A stretch of DNA of 63,471 bases, the filler included, from Folioceros fuciformis (lineage: Eukaryota): assembly GCA_049999805.1 (NCBI GenBank). It is 14 parts of 14 records of this genome, joined end to end, with 100 filler letters (N's around TTAATTAATTAA, not from the genome) between each part and the next. Parts side by side here need not be neighbours in the genome. Positions count along the whole stretch, not along the records: positions 18,969 to 27,579 come from JBNGIO010003050.1; positions 27,680 to 30,204 come from JBNGIO010003051.1; positions 30,305 to 38,359 come from JBNGIO010003052.1; 11 more parts are not named here. One strand, given 5' to 3'. A program made the position numbers and the translations under genes. Numbering within the stretch: the first letter of the stretch is position 1; every line of letters starts with the position of its first letter. Under the pieces are notes generated by a model, which was not told the DNA's origin, ran no database searches, and worked only from the letters and a program-made list of their open reading frames with translations. Positions 23,301 through 34,959 of the stretch are shown piece after piece.

Positions 23301-25540
23301 GGGGCAGTCCTCCGGGGCTCCCCAGCTTTTTCTTTCTACACTCAGCTTCAAAGTGGCATGGTATCATGCACCAGTTACATGGGCCTTTTTTCTTTGAGCC
23401 AGGAGCTGCAGGTCGTCTTTTGTAAGCAGTGTTGTTGGTTGATGGCCAAGGCTGACGTGGTAGCAGCTTCCTAGGGCCTCTGTTAACATAGAGCACCCTA
23501 TTTGAGGCCTCTCCCCATGGGAGGAACCACCCCTGCTTGCCTTATGTGTGGACTCTTCTTCCTGAAGAGCTCCGATCAAGTCAGACAGGGAGATTCATGG
23601 TGGCTGACCTGCAGCTTTTGCAGTTGCTGCTGCTCAAAGGTTTGAGCTATGATTGCTTACAAAAGTACGGTAGCTTTCTGGCAAAGAGAGAAGGAGGGCA
23701 ACCGATGCTTGCAGCTCATCAATTTTCGTGCCACTTGAAGTAAGCCTCGCCCTGAGTACCCTGAATTTAGCAACGTGTTGCTCCACTGTCTCATGTTCTT
23801 TCATTTGGCAGTTGTAGAAAGCTCTTGTGGACTGAACAATGGAGCTGCCGTTCGTTACTTGGTATATCTGGGTTAATGAGTCCCAAACTGCCTTCGTGGA
23901 TTCTGCATCTTGAGTATGCAACATCATTGACATGTCAAGTGCAGACTGAATAACCACTAGTGCCTGTAGGTCACACTTAGCCCATGCATCCTGGTCAGCT
24001 TGGCTGGCAGTTTGTGGAGGTTTGGGAGCTTGCCCACTTACAACCTCCCAAAGACCGTTCTCCCGCAGGATTGTTTTGACCCTCATTGCCCAGATATCAA
24101 AGCAAGAACCTGAAAACCTATCTTTTTTCTTTAAAGTCAATTTTCACGTTGTGGACTGTTGTGTTGTTTGATACAGCCCCGCCTGGATTTGCCATGTTGT
24201 GCACTATGCTAGCAGCTAGTGCAGCCCTTGTGGCTTGTTCTACTTGTGCTAACTGAGCAAGCTGTGCGAGTTGTGCTGCAGACAAGGCTGGACGTGTGCT
24301 AGACTCTACAGTATTGTGTGAAAAGGTGAGGGGGTCGAAGTAGTCTTCGGTTAAATTTGAATCATCTGTGTCTTCAGTACTTCTACTTCGTTCAGTTCCT
24401 CTACCTCTGCCAGGTCTTCGAGGGTTTCTATGTGTTTTGCTGCCTCGACCACCACGACCTCCATATGACATGTACCCTTTTACTGTGGGTGAACCGGTGA
24501 GGGTTCAATTGCTTCCTCCCTTTGCAGTTCGTTCTCGAAGACTTTCTCCATACTTAGCATGTTCCCGACCACTGGTGGAATTGATTCTTGTAAGGTACTT
24601 GACCCACAATGCACACTAGCAGGTTGTATTGTTTTAGGGATTGACAGGGCAGATACTTGTGAGATTAGAGTGTCTAATTTGAGGTTGGTGTTGCTGAATC
24701 TAGAGGTTAACTCTACAATGTGATTGCGCAAGATTACTACTAATTCATACACCTCGACCAGAAGCTGTGTTGCAGGTGAAGGATAGGAATTTATATCATT
24801 TGTGCAATCTTGACAAAGTAAGGTGCGATTACTTGCCAACCTGCGTGCAGAGTGAGCAGAGATTTCACGCGCCTGTGCAATTTCTTGCCGGATTTGTGTG
24901 TGTAAAGAATGTAGTGGATCAGGTTTGTGACGAACGGACTGATTGACAGTGCGTCTATGCTGGTGCAGGTTCTTGCAGTGTGAATTGAAGAAATGGGTGA
25001 GTCTTCGACACAAGAGTTCGACGGAGTCTCCTGGCGCACCCGCGAATGGATCGACCAACTGCTGTTTGTCTTTTCCTCTAAATCTCGGCATAGCGACGCG
25101 CACTAGCTATAGTAGTGCTCAACGGCGCTTGCAAGAAAGGAGTCAGCCATCTCCCCTAAGCGGCTTAGCGATTTCTTGAGTGCGGCGATCACTGCCCTGA
25201 AATGTAAGTGAGGTAGGTTTTTGATGCAGTTTGTGCTTCTGTAGATCGCGCAAACGCTAGGGGAGGCTGAGTCCATCCTGCTCTGATACCATGAAGCGGA
25301 TTGCAGGATCGAACGAGGAGGAGATGGAAGCAAGAAGAGAAGAAAAGAAGAATGCTTGATTGAGGGCCGTGTGGCCTTGAAAGGTGTGTGGGCACCTGTT
25401 CGTGGTGACCCGTGAGCATGGCATTTAATATTTAGGACACGACCTTGAGACGCGTCTATAGCTATCCATCGTTTGGACTTAATTAATAAACACTGGCTAT
25501 TTATATAATTATGCGACCCTAACCCTAACTTTATTATATG
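20314..25540 (-). mobile_element. Copia lineage B, near-complete degenerate element (LTR from 25292, PBS 25280-25291, upstream ORF, gag-pol to RNase H start)
   Basis: PBS, RG-rich Gag N-terminus from 24471, KIDFKEK/DRFSG and knuckle CNWCMIPCHFEAEC. Pol motifs are WFLDSRAS, SDNGGEY, LYVDD and FCDADWASD. Confidence 0.9.
24480..25091 (-). CDS. Putative extra ORF upstream of gag (~203 aa, His-rich, CQDC, coiled coil)
   Basis: Uninterrupted ORF from ATG 25091 that stops 9 nt before the Gag ATG at 24471. Confidence 0.55.
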   Translation of the reverse strand: MPRFRGKDKQQLVDPFAGAPGDSVELLCRRLTHFFNSHCKNLHQHRRTVNQSVRHKPDPLHSLHTQIRQEIAQAREISAHSARRLASNRTLLCQDCTNDINSYPSPATQLLVEVYELVVILRNHIVELTSRFSNTNLKLDTLISQVSALSIPKTIQPASVHCGSSTLQESIPPVVGNMLSMEKVFENELQREEAIEPSPVHPQ

Positions 25541-25544
25541 TATA

Positions 25545-27579
25545 GTGAGGAGGAAGGCCTAAACTTGGCAAACAGTGTTCTGTTTTTTTTGAAAGCTTGA
25601 GCAAAGGCTGTTTTTGCTTAGCGAAGAGTCAGCTGCACATTCAGGAATTGTTGAGATCTAATTGGGGCTTGTGGAGTGCTAGAGCTCTACAGTAGTGCGG
25701 GGAGTTGCACTCAAGATTGTCAAAAACATATGTTGGAAGATGCATGAAAGTGTTTTGACAATCTGTCCACAAGGGACTTGGTGGCACGGCAAGCAAGAGA
25801 AGGCAACTGAACTGAGGTGCAGGACAAGTGTTGGTGCGTAAAGGAGCCTGAATCATGGCTAACGTGCAGGGATCAGACAATATCTCTCAGGTTGTGGGAG
25901 AGAAGTTGGATAACAAGAATTTTGCTTTGTGGAAGTTCAGGATGAATAACTTCTTGGTAGGTAGAGGCTATTGGGACCTCTGCACAAGTGATGAGAGTGA
26001 ACCAGAGATGGATCGTACTCCATCACAGGAGCAAAAGACTGCTCACAAGCATTGGACTGAGAGAGCATGTAAAGTGTTACACTAGCTCTCCTTAAGTATT
26101 TTAGATGCTATGGTCATACAGATCACGGAATGTGAGTCTTCGAAGGATGCATGGAACATACTCATGAGGAACTATGGGAATGTCACACATGCTAGGAAAA
26201 TCCAGTTGAAGTAGCAGTTAAACAACTTGTCACGAGGTAGCAGATCCATACTCGTGTATACAATAGAGGTGAAGACCATAGCTGATCAACTTGCTACAAT
26301 CGGTGCAAGTGTGACAGAAGATGACATGGTTGCAATTACTCTAAACGGACTTGGCAAGGAATACAAGTCCTTTGACACATCAATCTCTGTGAGAGCTGAG
26401 TCCCCAAGTTGGGATGAATTGGTTGCTTTGTTGCTGCATGAGGAAGTTAAGCTTGGTATGAACACAGGTTCAGGTATGTCTCAATGGAGAGACACTATTT
26501 TGTTTTCTAACCAGCGTGGGAGAGGCCACAGAGGTCGTGGTTCATTCCGAGGACGGGGTGATGCTCGGAACACGTAGAATCAGCAAGACAATTGGCGTGG
26601 AGGAAATGCGCAAGGCCGGAGAGGATCTGGAAGTTTTAGAGGCGCAGGTAGAGCCACAAGAGGAAGAGATGGTTCCTTTCAATCTCATGACCATTCCAAT
26701 AGAGACAATGAGTGTTACTACTGTGGAAAAGGTTGGTCATATTGCTAAGGACTACTATAAGCAGCAAGCAGACATGAGAGGAAAAGGAAGGCAGCATGGG
26801 AACTATGCCTCCTCTAGTAATGCTGGAAATGACCAGGGTAGGTTGTTTGCGATGCAACATCTTTCTGAACAGGATGGCAGAATGATGAGAGATGGTACAT
26901 TGATTCAGGAGCATCAAACCACATGACTCTGCATGACAAGTGGTTAACAAGATGGATGCAGGTCCCCATGGTCCTGTGTGTGCAGGAGATGACACACAAC
27001 ATGACATAAAGCACAGAGGAATTGTTCCTCTTAGTATACCGAATGGTCAGCAGAAGAGTCTCCAAGATGTGCTGCATGTTCCAACCATTATGAAGAACTT
27101 GTTGTTTGTTGGACAGATGGCTGAACAAAATTTGTAGGTTCGATTCAATAAGGATGGATGCTTTTTTGAAGAATATGATAGAGGGCGCAAACTGATTGCT
27201 AAAGGTAGTAGGAATGGACGGATATTCACTCTGGATGCATCCATTCCAGAGCTAAATGCAGCAATGTTTACAAATGATGCAGGTGCCATATGTGATGTTG
27301 AAATATAGCATAAGAGGATTGGGCATGTGAACATAGAGAAGTTGAAATCTATGCAACAGAAAAGCGTGGTGGAAGGATTGCCCAAGTTCAAGTACGGTGA
27401 TCTTGGTCATGGGTGTTCTACATGTCAATTTGGAAAACAGTCAAGGTTTCCATTTGTGCGACACGTGCAGAACAGCTCAAGACCTTTGCAATTGATACAC
27501 TCTAATGTATGGGGTCCTTCACAGAATGCATAGTTTGGAGGAGCCCACTACTATGTCTCCTTCATTGATGATTTCAGCA
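25545..27579 (+). mobile_element. Different Copia element: gag, protease, GAG-pre-integrase, degenerate
   Basis: GEKLDNKNFALWKFRM, RG-rich linker, knuckle, WYIDSGAS-like motif, VLHVPTIMKNLL and CSTCQFGKQ. Confidence 0.88.
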
Positions 27580-28423
27580 NNNNNNNNNNNNNNNNNNNNN
27601 NNNNNNNNNNNNNNNNNNNNNNNTTAATTAATTAANNNNNNNNNNNNNNNNNNNNNNNNNNNNNNNNNNNNNNNNNNNNCCTCCACACCAGCCACAGCCC
27701 GCACTAAGCCGTGGAGCCAGGCAACATCCGAGCTCGACCTCTCCATTCAGGATGAAAAGTCCGCGCGGCAGCTGTAAACCGCGGGGTAGGACTCCGGGAT
27801 CCGGGATCTCCCAGCCAGCCAGGAACGCGCTGCCATTGGCGCGATCTTTCCTTTGAAAGTATCCACGCTACTGCCAGTCCCACCAGGTCGACGTTGACAA
27901 TTCCTTCCTCACTGTTCGCAGCCTGTGTTCACACGTGATACCAGGAACACAACGGACGGGATATTTTCCTCTATCCTAACCATGATCCATCAATCGATAT
28001 CTGACCCCTATGAACAAGATGGTGCCACGCATCAAGTTATCGCAGACATATAAATCGTACATAAACACGAGTTTCAAGATACGCTGAATAGTTTAAATTT
28101 TATCCATCATTTCAATTAATATTAAAAATTATAATTATATATGTATTGACTCATGTGTCTTTTCACAAGAGATATAAAGGTTGTACATTTTGTAAGAAGG
28201 ATAGGTGTATAGTCAAGAAGTGATGATATACATGTTGTGGTCAATATAAAGGAATGTGCATATATTGCTTGGCAAACCGGGATGTTTCTCACTTTAATTT
28301 AAATCATTTGAAATCCTCTCATTCTTTTCAAATTAATCCATTAGTTGAGCATGGAAATAATAAATCTTGTACACCAAGTGACCCCTTGAGAAATCATCAA
28401 GTTTCATTAGAGGTTATCTTGCA

Positions 28424-28560
28424 TGTGTTACAAGATAGACTACTTGCTCATTAGACTATTTTAGAACTATTTTAGGAACATCCTGTGTTACAAGATAGAC
28501 CACTTGCTCATTAGACTATTTTAGAACTATTTTAGGAACATCACTATTTTAGGAACATGA
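28424..28560 (+). repeat. 60-bp tandem duplication
   Basis: TGTGTTACAAGATAGAC...TTTTAGGAACATC occurs at 28424 and 28484, followed by a partial copy. Confidence 0.85.
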
Positions 28561-28739
28561 TACTTAGCTCCACAAGCTATACACCTTTTCAAATGATACG
28601 TTACAAAGTAATGAATGCAATGTCCAACTTTGTGAAAGACAAAATTGTGAACAAAAGTTTGATCTATCCTACTGCTAAGACATAGCATAGTGTAGTGAGG
28701 TTTAGAATTAGTTATGTTAAAGGGCAACTTCAACCAACT

Positions 28740-29730
28740 TAGACATTTGGGTCTACCACATAGAAGGAATTCAAACAAAGGATGGAAAACATGCAAATGA
28801 AGTCTTCTACACTATAATTGCTCTAAAACTTGTTTCACACTCATTCCTTCCATTTTAGCCATAGTTGAATGGCTACCAATCGAATGCTAAGTCTTTCAAC
28901 TTTTGTGAATGAGGTTAAAGAGGTTTGAGCTAGCCCACGTGTGCTTATTTGTGCTCCATCGCATGCTAATATTGTTTAAGGACTAAACAAGCTAGCGTCA
29001 CACAAATACTCGCAAATACTTGCAATTATAGTGGCCGATTCTTTTGCTAGTAGAGTCAATTTTGCTAGTAGAGTCAATAGTAGTCCTTGTTCGATGTTGT
29101 AGCCAAACCTTGTTTGATATTGCAACAATTTAATGGTGTTTCGGCATGTTTTTGTGAAGTTGAGCCATTTGGAAGGTAACTATTTCTTCTACAGATTTTT
29201 AAGATGAGACCATATGAGCGCTTGTTCAGAACACACCCTTGTTTTTTGAATCCTCAAATTATCTATATAGAGTAGTCTTCACTTCTTAGGAGACCTTTAT
29301 TCATAGTGTAGCAAAGAGCTATTGTGATGGTGGGAGTGAATGAAGAAGATCTTTGCAACTTAAGAGGGGCGAACAAGATTTTTTCATCAAAGGAAGTAGA
29401 TGCTACCACAATGTAGCGAGATGAAGACAACGACATGTTTTTCAGGGTAGTTGTCCTCAAGCATGGATGGAAGGAGAAGATGCAACTCGAAGCATTCTCT
29501 ATCTTTACAAAGAATGCCTCTTCATCACATAAGATAAAATAACTGTCTTGTTACTTATATTTGCCTGTATAGCTTTACATTCGATATATTCCCTAATCTA
29601 AGGTCGGATATATCTTTTGTAGATGATCGTGAATTGTGCCATGGCTTTTTGGGATTGAGTCAAACATATCTTGTAAATATGATATACATGATATTCTGAG
29701 TTATCCAATTCAACTTTCTCCACTTATCTA
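28740..29730 (+). pseudogene. Possible highly decayed SF1 (Upf1/Sen1-like) helicase relic
   Basis: RVLICAPSHANI at 28938 resembles motif Ia, FVDD at ~29616 resembles motif II, and ILSYPIQLSP at 29693 resembles GDPxQLPP. They occur in the expected order. Confidence 0.3.
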
Positions 29731-29968
29731 TGTAAGTGCTTAATCTACATAATTTGCCTCACCACCAAAAGAACGAGGAAGAAACCTAATATGTAGCAAA
29801 ATAGGCACCTTGGGTTCGTTAAGATTCTAGGAGGTCTTGAAATATCGCGGCTGCCAACGGCTGGCGAAAGTACAGCGATCCAAGCTAGGAGAAAAGGGAT
29901 AAGGGCTGAATAGTAGGCGCCATTCTCCATCAGACTGGGAATACACGAAGACGCTGTTCATAGGGCTT

Positions 29969-30204
29969 TCACCGGGCCGAAGGCCCATCATAGCTGTAGA
30001 AGATTTGGGAGGGCATCTCGACCCCGTAGCGGTTTGCCTGCGACCGGTCGGAGGGCGGTTTGGTGCTGCTGCCGCTGTGTCCAGAGCTTTTCCCAAGCGC
30101 TTGGGGACCGAATTCCATTTCTAGGGACTGACCAATGTCGGACACCACCTTGTTCATCGGGGGCCTATCGTCGCTGGAGGCAGCCACGCACGACATGGCC
30201 ACTT
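29969..30204 (-). CDS. Receptor-like kinase, C-terminal end (partial, 5' part lost in gap)
   Basis: VAMSCVAASSDDRPPMNKVVSDI matches RLK subdomain XI. It is followed by a Ser/Pro tail ending PSAR-stop. Confidence 0.75.
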
Positions 30205-30304
30205 NNNNNNNNNNNNNNNNNNNNNNNNNNNNNNNNNNNNNNNNNNNNTTAATTAATTAANNNNNNNNNNNNNNNNNNNNNNNNNNNNNNNNNNNNNNNN
30301 NNNN

Positions 30305-31035
30305 ATGCCCGAGGGCTGGCCGTCAGCGCACCCGCCTACGCTCGAGGTCAGGCCGCCGCGCACCCGCGCCTCGCGGGCCTGGCGCCCCTGCAGCGGGGCG
30401 CCCTGGTCAGGCCGCCAGCTTGGGCCGGGCTGGTGCCCCAGCGCCCCTTGAGGTCAAGCACCCTTGGTGGGGGCGCTCCCAAGGCCTGCCTGCGCCTTGT
30501 TGGGCAGCTTGATCGGGGCTTGACGGCCCGCGCAGCCGGGGTCAGGCACCCCGCCCAGGGTGTCCGTGGCACGCCCTGGCGCCCTTGTGGGCTGGGCGCC
30601 CGTGCGGGATGGCAGCCCCTTCTATCCTCGACAGCGGGTTGTTGCTCACAGCTCCCACTCACTTCGATGCCTTTCTTGTAGAGCACTTGCAACCATCACC
30701 TATCCAGCTTCACACCCAAGCTCCACAACCTAGCTCTGATACCACTTGTAAGATCACTAGAGAAGCTACATGGTGAAGGAGAGAGAAAGAGGCAAGGAGG
30801 AGGAAAACGAGAGGTCACACTCTCACAATAGAGTCTCACTAGCAAGGGAGCTCAGGGGGGTATTTATACCCTCTAGGAGAGCTCTCTAGGAAGCTTCACA
30901 AGAAGCGCATAGGAAGCTGTGCAAGAAGCTTCATACAGATTAGCTTAAGCTAATCTAAACTAATGGTACTTAACTAGACACTAATCTTAGACTAAACACA
31001 TTAGTCTAAGCACATTGGGCTTTAATAACCCAATA
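30305..31035 (-). mobile_element. Copia family A-related 5' end: LTR 30747-31035, PBS 30733-30744, GC-rich leader
   Basis: The LTR is homologous to 18295-18588; the leader is diverged but again very GC-rich. Confidence 0.88.
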
Positions 31036-32381
31036 GGGCTGGTAGACGGATCTGGTCGGGGGCGGATATGCTAAATGGTAGAGGCTGGCTGGCTGGTCAT
31101 GGGTGCTAGGCAGCCAGGCTTGCAGGCTACCGGCAAGCTGGGGAGCAGCTTGGCCAGGTAGGGGGCTTGGCTGGAGGTGGTCGTTCAGCGGGAGGCCGCC
31201 AGCTGAGAAGCCAATGGCGGCGCTTAACCTAAGCCAAGCAGGCCTCGGGCTGATCCTAGCCGGGTTGGTTGCGGCTGATTGAGGCCAGTTTGCAAGCGGC
31301 TGAGCAAGGAGGCGGCCAGCCAAATAGCCCGAGGACTAGCAGAGATTAGGCAGATGGCCTCGCTGGTCGATGAGCAGGTGGGCTACTAGCAGATGCGGGA
31401 AGCCTGGCTGATTGTCTAGCCGGGTTGATAGGAGCGGATTGGGGCCGAGTCTTGGCGGCATGGATAGGGCTGGCTGTCGCTGCTCACGACTGGAGCCAAG
31501 CAGCCTGGAGTACAGAGGGTAGCCAGCTGGCTAATTTGGGAGGCTGGCTGGTCGGGCTAGCCGTGCTGGCTGGTGGAGTGGCGGCAGATAGACCTTGCCT
31601 GCCAACAAGCGGTCAGCTAGCCGCCTGGCGGCTGGCTGGGACGGATCTGGATGGCTAGCAGGTAAGGCTGGCAGGTGATGCTTTGGTCAAGCGGTCGCTG
31701 GCCAGCTGTAGGAGCAGATCGAGCCGCAAGAGGTTGGCTGTCCGATTCGGAAGCTAGGCAGGTGGGTGGCCTGGGCGAATCGGCCAGGAGGGGGCTGCAG
31801 AGGCTGGCTAGCTGGCCCAGTTGACCTGGCTGGATAGACGACTAGTGGCGGCTGTCTGAAGAGCCTAGCCGGCAACCCATCCTACACCGGCCGCTGAGGT
31901 CCAGGCAGGTAGCCACTGCAAGCAGACAGATCTGACCAGGCCATCTGGCTGGAGCTAGAGGGCAAAGGTCGGCTAGGGGCAGTCGGATTCCCAAGGCAAG
32001 CAGTCGGCTAGAGCTGGTGGCTATTCGGGTTGGATCCGGATGGAAGGCCAGCTAGGGGCCTCTGGCCAGATAGCCGGGCAGGCGGATCGAAGTGGATCCA
32101 TCCAGCTGGGCAGGTGGCCTGATCGGGGTAGGGCGGCAACGGATCCAACCAAGCCAGGCAGACTAGGGCGGATCAGGCAGGGTGTTCCTGCTAGAGGCTG
32201 GGTCGCCAAGTGAGAGGAGGCCGGCTGCGTGGAGGAAATCCAGGCAAGCGGCCCGGCAGGGCATATGGCAGGTGCTAGCTGGATTGGCTGCAGGTGGTTG
32301 GCAGCAGCGCGGAGACTCCTGCTGCTCGTGGTGGCCTGGAGTAGCGGTCCGAACTGATCCGGGCATGGCGGGGTGTCAAAG

Positions 32382-32552
32382 TTGGATCTTCTGATGTGAG
32401 TGCAAATTGCGTTGGGGAGCACACTGGGGATTGCGTACCTGCACCACGAGGCAAGCCCGTCGATTTTCCACAAAGCCATCAAGGCTAACAACATTCGGCT
32501 GGATGGAAAGCGAAATGCTAAGGTTGCAAATTTCGGGCGGTCAAAGCTAGGC
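32382..32552 (+). pseudogene. Receptor-like kinase fragment (subdomains VIa-VII)
   Basis: [49 protein letters not shown] is a degenerate version of IALG.ARG.AYLH...PPI.HRDIK..NILLD....AKVADFGLSKL. Confidence 0.8.
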
Positions 32553-33480
32553 CGATGCGGAGTAGGAGGGGTTGAGTCCCGGGCATGGGTTGACGGTGGT
32601 GAAGATCTTGAAGAAGCATGATAACTAGATCGGGGGTGTCCTTTGCATGTCTTATATCCTGACTATCCTGCACCAGCCTTCTACACGATAGAGCTACGGC
32701 TTCAGCTGGTGAAAGACTGTAAGGGGACTTGTCTGACTTCTTTTCTACGCCACCCATTTTCCAGCAGTAGCCTGCTGTGGAAGTCTTCCTATTTGATGAG
32801 GGTGAAAATAGTGTGGGCTCCGTAAAGCTCCGAGGATGATGTTGAGCGGACGGATGCTTGTGAGGAGGTTGAGGAGGATCGAAGCCATGAGTGCGAGAAA
32901 TGGGCAGTTGGTGGCGCATCCCTCCCCGAAGTAGCCGGGCTTGCCGAAGGCTCTTGCTAAACATCTTGGAGGATCTCCAAAGGTGCGGATTACGGGTACG
33001 GTATGCTAATGAGTTGCTACACTTTGGCTTGAACCCTGACGAGAAAGTCAAAGGAACTGGATGATTGCTCAGTCAGGTTGTAGCCAGTCTCAGGATCCAT
33101 TTCCAATTCAAGGGGGTTACGGTGGCCTAGACAAGGGGGACTGACAAACTGACCATCCAAATATTGGAGTGTGGTCAACCAAAGGACATAAGTGGCATTC
33201 TACTTGCCATCCGCAAGCAGCATGCCAGGTTGTCTGAAGGTGGAAAGCCCTGAGTACAGGCGTGCTGCTAGTGGGTGGGAAGCCCAGTGATGGTTATGTT
33301 GGCAGGAATGGTGGGTTGTCATCTCCAGTGCCAAGCTTGCAAGGTGCTCATTCAAGGGCGCTGGATGGGTAGTTTTGCCGGGTCATGGGTCTTAGCCAAC
33401 ATAATGGAGGGGGGGACCTGAAGACGAGGGTCTTTGAAGGGTTGCAATATGCTCTTAAGGAAAGGGTTGATCTGAGCTGA

Positions 33481-34464
33481 GAGGGGAGAGGAGAGTGTTG
33501 AGAGGCACTAACAATTTTGGTAGTCTTGAGAGGTTGGTCAATTTTGGTAAGGGTACCCAGTGGTGTCCAAGGGACACAACCCCTATTAGGTCGGGGTTAG
33601 GATTAGGTAGGATAAGGGTTAGGTCAGAGTTAGGATTAAGATTAGGTCAGACTTAGGGTTAGGTTTAGGTCAGACTTAGGTGTGGCTTAGGTCAGAGAGA
33701 GATTGTTAGGTGGTGATTGGGGTAGACAGAGATGAAGGGTTGGGCCAAGGCAGTATAAGAGGGCAGACCTGCCATTGAGAGGGGGTGGTCCTATGGTGTG
33801 ATTCCCCTTGACCTTGTGTGCAGGCTACCGAATTAGAGTGGCTGATCCGGTTTGAGACTAACCAAGGGCTTGATTCCCTTTGCCATTAGGGGGACGTGGT
33901 GGATCCCTAGACTACCGAGATCCGTGTGGCCAGATCCGCAACAGCTGATCATTTTGTAGGTTGGCCGAGGTGAGGTAGCAGGGCCGTGAGCCAGGTTGGC
34001 TATCCAGTCCTAATTCCCATACCACTGTCTTGAAGACTACAAGGGGAGAAGTTGTTGTGCCCCAAATTCCAGGAGTGAATTGAGGAGAAGTGTGCAGGTG
34101 TTGGGGTGAGGTGAAGTGAAGTGAGAGCTGCTAGGGTGCAAAGGAGTGAAGGATTGAAGTGAAGAAGTGAAGGACTGAAGTGGAAAAGTAAAGGACTGAA
34201 GTGGAAAAGTGAAGGACTGAAATGCTGGAGGGTAGAATTTGTGTGTTGAGCTAAAGATAGCTAGGGATTTGGACTTTTTACTGGAGTACGGTTAGGGCTA
34301 GGATCCGGCTGATAGATAGAATGAGAGTAGGGAATTGTAGGTATCCTTGACACTAGTTCACTCCCTTGGGAGCGAATCATAAGACTGCAACGACAATAAG
34401 GGGAAGTGTGGCCCTTTGGTGGTTCTTGGGAGTAGGAAATCACTCCACACACGTACCTTCAACA
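33481..34464 (+). mobile_element. Purine tract plus putative ~970-bp 3' LTR
   Basis: GAGGGGAGAGGAGAG precedes TGTTGA at 33496, and the segment ends TCAACA at 34464 (inverted termini). The 3' end is homologous to 13110-13230. Confidence 0.55.
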
Positions 34465-34959
34465 CGTCTAGTCAATAGGAAGCCACCATTCCTTCACTTG
34501 GAAGGGCCCGAGTACCTCCCCCTACCGATTTCTGACTACCTACACCCAATACCCCTTTCCTCACAAGTCTCCTTACAACACCTTCCACAACAATCCAACT
34601 GCTCGTCTCCCTATGTCCAACAACCAACAAGTTTTTCCTTGGGATGGTTGCTGCGTGTTTATGCCTGTTAGCGAGAACTTCAAGGGAGTCTTTCCCTAGA
34701 GTCTACCCTCAAGCCAACAGTCACACAAGTATTGCCACACACCTACAATTGCACAACATCCATTCACAAGGGAAGCAACTTGTAGGGGTGCCCATGGAAG
34801 AATATGAGCCCTCCGCCAAGCACTTCGACCACTGCAACTCTAGCCACAACCATGCGCTATGATGGCACACATCCGGCAATGAGATTCCTATACTTTGTTG
34901 AGCATGAGGACTCGCCATGAAAAGAGTGCAGAATGTGGTGGTTCATTTCTTTGTGTAGC

